Source: a virus
Taxonomy: Duplodnaviria > Caudoviricetes
Reading direction: 5' to 3' (one strand)
IMG/VR virus record: IMGVR_UViG_3300028591_000074
Location: 160,001 to 224,000 of that record
DNA length: 64,000 nucleotides
The notes under the pieces were generated by a model that was given only the letters and a program-made list of their open reading frames with translations, was not told the origin of the DNA and searched no databases. The position numbers and the translations under genes are program-made. Shown here piece by piece: positions 60,254-64,000 of this stretch (its first letter is position 1; every line of letters starts with the position of its first letter).

Positions 60254-60410
60254 CTTCACACCAAACTAATACAAATGGTTTATTCCCACCACCCTGCATG
60301 GTTAATATCGTAGGAGCTAAACCATTTGGATCATATAAATCTCCGCGTCCACCAGTAAAATTTGTAGGATTATTGTAAACGAACCCTAACCGAATTATAG
60401 AATCATTCAT
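60246..60410 (-). CDS. C5-MTase variable-region-like module 3 (54 aa, not in track)
   Basis: MNDSIIRLGFVYNNPTNFTGGRGDLYDPNGLAPTILTMQGGGNKPFVLVWCEDE. Confidence 0.75.
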   Translation of the reverse strand: MNDSIIRLGFVYNNPTNFTGGRGDLYDPNGLAPTILTMQGGGNKPFVLVWCEDE

Positions 60411-60566
60411 CTTCATCTCTTACCAAAATAAATAATTTTGCACCAGTTATAATTGTGGTCATCAATGAAGGGCAAATTCCTCCAGAATCATAGGTAGATC
60501 CATCATATCCGGCTTTACATTTACCGGATACCCCCCCCCTAAGAATATGATCTTAAAATTATCCAT
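60403..60566 (-). pseudogene. module 2, frameshifted at a G9 tract (60531-60539)
   Basis: MDNFKIIFL[G9]VSGKCKAGYDGSTYDSGGICPSLMTT... is in frame with G7 or G10. Confidence 0.7.
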
Positions 60567-60733
60567 CACTCACCACAACCCTTATCGGAGTTTTGAAATC
60601 TCTTGCACATAGACTTGGAGATACCACCCCCCCCCGATGAATAAATATAACACCATTGATGCATTTTTCCACTATCATTCTCCGGAAGAAGTAATCCAAC
60701 TGCCAATATTTCGTTTTGTTCAGATAATATCAT
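60559..60733 (-). pseudogene. module 1, frameshifted at a G9 tract (60627-60635)
   Basis: ...ILAVGLL...MHQWCYIYSS[G9]VVSPSLCARDFKTPIRVVV is in frame with G8 or G11. Confidence 0.7.
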
Positions 60734-60780
60734 TGAATCTTCTTTCTGTATTTTTCGTTCCGTACCATTACTTCATGAGC

Positions 60781-61326
60781 CTAAGATATGATTTTGTCAA
60801 TCTTTTCAAATGCAAAAATATAAGATTCGAACTTTTCTCCATTAACAAGAATTTGATCTCGCATAGGTTTGGTTTCTAATCCACCAAGCCTATCAGATAG
60901 TTTCTGTTCTTGTTTTTTCTTCTCCTTCTCAGAATGATCAGTTCTATGTGCCGTATGCGTAGCAATTCTAAGCGTGAAATCAAAATCAATGATAACTAAT
61001 CCATCTTTAGATTTAGCAAGCATTCCGAGATAATCAGAATAATAATCAGATTCATTCTTATAGTACACTTCCATCTTATAAAAGCGTTCAGCTAATTCAA
61101 CTATAGAATCTATAAAATTATGATACCGTTCGATTTCTTCTTCGGTGTATTCAGACTTAGGTTCACCCGAAATAACAGAACCATCCGGAACATTTACATC
61201 TTTATAAGTTGTTGCGGCAATATTAGTATCGGTATCCCCATCAAATTCAATATTAACAATAACATTTACATGTGTTGTTGTAGGTTCAGCATCTGTCGTT
61301 TCTTCAGTTTTAATATATCGTTTCAT
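60781..61326 (-). CDS. hypothetical protein with MKRYIKT tag
   Basis: MKRYIKTEE...NIAAT...FTLRIATH. Confidence 0.6.
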   Translation of the reverse strand: MKRYIKTEETTDAEPTTTHVNVIVNIEFDGDTDTNIAATTYKDVNVPDGSVISGEPKSEYTEEEIERYHNFIDSIVELAERFYKMEVYYKNESDYYSDYLGMLAKSKDGLVIIDFDFTLRIATHTAHRTDHSEKEKKKQEQKLSDRLGGLETKPMRDQILVNGEKFESYIFAFEKIDKIIS

Positions 61327-61328
61327 AA

Positions 61329-61529
61329 TCAAGATTCCTTCCTACTTTCATAAAATTCTATTGTCTTCAAGATGTACTTAGTAACGGACAGATTTTCAGA
61401 TTTTGCATATTCTTTAATCTGACATCTCATCCCTTTAGGAACATTTATAGCAACAGTATCATAATGCTGCTTATTGTATTCTGCCTGATATTTGATTTGA
61501 TCGAATGTCGAATTATCTTTATTTCCCAT
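61329..61529 (-). CDS. Arc/RHH-like DNA-binding protein (paralog of 52044-52247)
   Basis: FDQIKYQAEYNKQHYDTVAINVPKG...SVTKYI; TTGACA-17-TACTAT upstream. Confidence 0.7.
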   Translation of the reverse strand: MGNKDNSTFDQIKYQAEYNKQHYDTVAINVPKGMRCQIKEYAKSENLSVTKYILKTIEFYESRKES

Positions 61530-61602
61530 AAGTATATCCTCAACAATATAGTAACACATATACTAATATATGTCAATCGTAAATGTACTACATATAATTA
61601 AA

Positions 61603-63078
61603 GTGAACTCTCTCCCACCTGTAGAGGTGGGAGCTTCGTAAGAAGATTGGTATTTAAGTTTCCACCTAAAATCAGGCAACCCTTATTCTTACAGGCGTGT
61701 CCACTTCGCCACTACCGTATAGGGCTGTTAAGTCCACAACGCTACTTTTTCTTAAAATGTTCAATGCACCGTTGACATCTGCATTTAGTAATCTTCCGTC
61801 AGCAGTTCTGTACAGTCCTCTCCGTATGCGTGTTCCGCTGAATTTATAAGACTGCGGATTATCTGCATTGTATACAGGAATATTATCTCTGTCCCAGAAA
61901 GATGCCTGTGACGTATAGCTTTCTTCCTGTTCAACAAAAACAATGCCGTTCAGTTCACAAAGATATTCCAGTTTGGAACGCAGTTTACCATACGGAATAT
62001 TGACAAAATTCTGATTGCTACACTTGTTCATGTCAGAATTACGCTGAAATGTTTCATTATAGCCGATTACAAGCGTTCCAATATCGTGATCAATACAATA
62101 ATCAATGATTTTTCTTGCAGTTTTGCTCATATAGTCATTGACTTGTCTGTTCCTTTTATCAGCTAAGATTTTCTGACGGTTTGTTGTTCTTCTTTTATTA
62201 CCCTGTCTGTCTTTGATACCTTGCAGCCGTGCATTTTCTTTGTTAAACCATTGATTGACAGCTTTCAGTTTTCTGCCGTCAATAATGAAACTTCTGCCCT
62301 GATTTGATACAGCAGTTACAAGATTATTCACACCTAAATCCAAAGCAAGTGCATTGTTTTTGTTAAGATTTCTCTGAATACATTCAACTTCGTAAGTATA
62401 CTGAATTTCAAAGAACCTTGCTCTTGATTTTGGAATGATTCTGATTTCCTTGATATGCTTGTCAGCAAGTATCGGCGGCATTTTGATTTCGACAGGCTCA
62501 TGTGTTTTCCTAAATGTATTGGAATATGGAAGAATTAGTTTATTTCCGTTCAGCCTGACAAAACCTATCACAAGTGTTGTAAATCCATCTTTTGGCAGAT
62601 AATGTGGTAGTTTGCAGTCTCTGAAAGAATATTTTCCTTTTTTCGCAAGTTTCAAAAGTCCGAAAAAACTTTTGAACGAACCGTCTACTTCTTTCAGAAT
62701 CTGCTGTGCCATATTAGAATTCAAAGTTTTGTAATTAGGGCTGTCTTTCAGCAATGCGTAATTCTTTTCGTAGTTCAGATATTTTCCCTCTGTGAAGTAA
62801 TACTGACGGATATTGTAGATTGCTTCATTGGCAAGATTTTTTGCTGTATGACACAATTCTCTCAAAATGCTGTATTCTTCCTTTGACAGATGTTTCGCTT
62901 GTTGCTTTACCGTTAGATACATAGTTTCTTCTCCTTTCTTTAGATTTAGGATAATTCCTATGTATCTATTATAGTATATATTTTACTGAACGTCAATAGT
63001 TTCAGTAAAAAACAATCAGCATTCATCCACCACTTTCGCTTCTCTTAGAAGTGTGGGGTATTCTGCCGAGGATCTAAA
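61603..63078 (-). mobile_element. IS1341-type TnpB-only element
   Basis: left end TTTAT|TTTAGATCC...ACCCC hairpin; right-end CTCCCACCT hairpin ending TTCAC. Confidence 0.75.
61672..62922 (-). CDS. tnpB: TnpB RNA-guided nuclease
   Basis: ALDLGVNN, EESYTSQ, NADVNGALNI; RuvC-II region reads LVIGYN. Confidence 0.9.
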   Translation of the reverse strand: MYLTVKQQAKHLSKEEYSILRELCHTAKNLANEAIYNIRQYYFTEGKYLNYEKNYALLKDSPNYKTLNSNMAQQILKEVDGSFKSFFGLLKLAKKGKYSFRDCKLPHYLPKDGFTTLVIGFVRLNGNKLILPYSNTFRKTHEPVEIKMPPILADKHIKEIRIIPKSRARFFEIQYTYEVECIQRNLNKNNALALDLGVNNLVTAVSNQGRSFIIDGRKLKAVNQWFNKENARLQGIKDRQGNKRRTTNRQKILADKRNRQVNDYMSKTARKIIDYCIDHDIGTLVIGYNETFQRNSDMNKCSNQNFVNIPYGKLRSKLEYLCELNGIVFVEQEESYTSQASFWDRDNIPVYNADNPQSYKFSGTRIRRGLYRTADGRLLNADVNGALNILRKSSVVDLTALYGSGEVDTPVRIRVA

Positions 63079-63747
63079 ATAAAGCCATAGGTACGAAAGT
63101 TTTATTTAATCGTTCATTAGCTATCTTACACCATTCTGGATTTAATTCACAACCAAGATATTTTCTTCGAAGTTCTTTTGCACAAAGTAGATGTGATCCA
63201 GATCCTGCGCAAGGATCAAATATGATATCGCCTTCGTTAGAATTGTCGGATATTAACTCTTTCAACAAGTTGTGATTCTTTTCTGTAGGATGAACAGTAC
63301 TTGTTCCAGATGGGTAGTGAAGCACGGTATTCTTACAAAACGCATTAAATGTTGCACCAGACTTCTTAAACCAAACCGCGTTTTCGATTCCGGACAAATA
63401 GATAGTTTTGCCATTCATAGGGGATGGATTCGTTTTCTCCCACACGATCTGACGAACTGTTCCCAAAGAATCGGATTGCTTATCTGCAAAAAATGTATAT
63501 ATCGAAGAAAGTTGTCTTTGACCACAAAATATTATTATACATCCAGATGTTACACGGTAAACGGAATTCAAAAATTCTGATAAATCAAATGTAATTTCAT
63601 CGGCATAGGATTTGTCTAAATTTCGCAATCCACCAGATTTACGATTCACCTCAGCATATGGAATATCGGTTAGAGTTACATTAACCCCCCCCCCGTAGTC
63701 ATAGTTTTCATATAATCAATGCAATCCACATTTAGTATCGTATTCAT
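63074..63747 (-). pseudogene. N4/N6 DNA methyltransferase (beta class) frameshifted at a G10 tract (63685-63694)
   Basis: MNTILNVDCIDYMKTMTT[G10]VNVTLTDIPY (motif IV) ... HPTEK, IFDPCAGSGS (motif I); full length with G8 or G11, as sequenced it stops after 23 aa. Confidence 0.85.
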
Positions 63748-63892
63748 TACCACAATCTCCAATCAAAACAATCATAGGAATATATCCACCACCAGTACCC
63801 ATAGAAGATGTAAGGCAAGTGCAAATTCCATCTGTCTTTACGGATTGATGATCTTGCATCCCGCCTATAATTATATCAAGAAATGTCATCAT
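63716..63892 (-). CDS. C5-MTase variable-region-like module B (58 aa, not in track)
   Basis: IIIGGMQDHQSVKTDGICTCLTSSMGTGGGYIPMIV. Confidence 0.7.
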   Translation of the reverse strand: MMTFLDIIIGGMQDHQSVKTDGICTCLTSSMGTGGGYIPMIVLIGDCGNEYDTKCGLH

Positions 63893-64000
63893 TGATCACC
63901 AAAATCATAGGAACTTGACCACCACCTTCTCTGGCAGCGACCTGAATAGTAGGACTCAAGTAATCAGAATCATATATGATGCGACGTTGAGAACTGTTCG
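63876..64000 (-). CDS. C5-MTase variable-region-like module A (5' end outside the window)
   Basis: ...SQRRIIYDSDYLSPTIQVAAREGGGQVPMILV. Confidence 0.65.
   Translation of the reverse strand, partial: NSSQRRIIYDSDYLSPTIQVAAREGGGQVPMILVINDDIS

Noticed and set aside
59473-60733. Reading the minigene array as a single decayed Dcm pseudogene
   Set aside because: Breaks fall between modules with start codons at each junction, and internal frameshifts occur only at G9 runs; random decay should not respect module borders. Not fully excluded without comparative data.
187-63580. Many antisense and alternate-frame ORFs in the track (e.g. 5276-5818, 9620-10162, 10191-10895, 20502-20915, 39826-40188)
   Set aside because: They shadow well-supported genes, lack an RBS and show no recognisable motifs.
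1-64000. CRISPR array, tRNA or rRNA genes
   Set aside because: No regularly spaced repeats or recognisable tRNA/rRNA seen by eye; a tRNAscan/Infernal run would be needed to exclude them.

Overview
This window is part of a large, AT-rich phage genome with a T4-like/jumbo myovirus organisation. The host is probably a Firmicute (strong AGGAGG RBSs, sigmaA-type promoters, an endolysin with choline-binding-type repeats). Most genes lie on the minus strand: head genes (gp23-like major capsid, gp21-like prohead protease/scaffold), a tyrosine recombinase, tail fibres, endolysin, baseplate, virion-associated peptidoglycan hydrolases and tape measure (7.3-46.4 kb). A small plus-strand early island and a Hef-like endonuclease lie at 1.7-7.2 kb, and an accessory region spans 46.5-64 kb. 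Three IS200/IS605-family elements (IscB with omegaRNA, TnpA+TnpB with cargo, and a lone TnpB) could be delimited by eye. Main unusual observations: (1) at least 10 translationally coupled 41-66 aa minigenes, mostly missed by the ORF track, each resembling one repeat module of the C5-DNA-methyltransferase variable (target-recognition) region. Three of them, and the adjacent N4/N6-methyltransferase, are frameshifted exactly at G9/G10 tracts, suggesting a modular, phase-variable methylation-specificity system. (2) A shared N-terminal MKRY(I/V)K(A/S)S tag on about 10 unrelated small proteins, matching an [IV]-x-[AS]-[ST] motif repeated in the capsid propeptide and protease tail; this is a candidate capsid-targeting and maturation code. 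(3) A DGR-like variable region in a tail protein, with no RT or template repeat seen in the window. (4) A recurring AACCTTNTATA late-promoter-like motif. All annotation was done by eye with no database searches.
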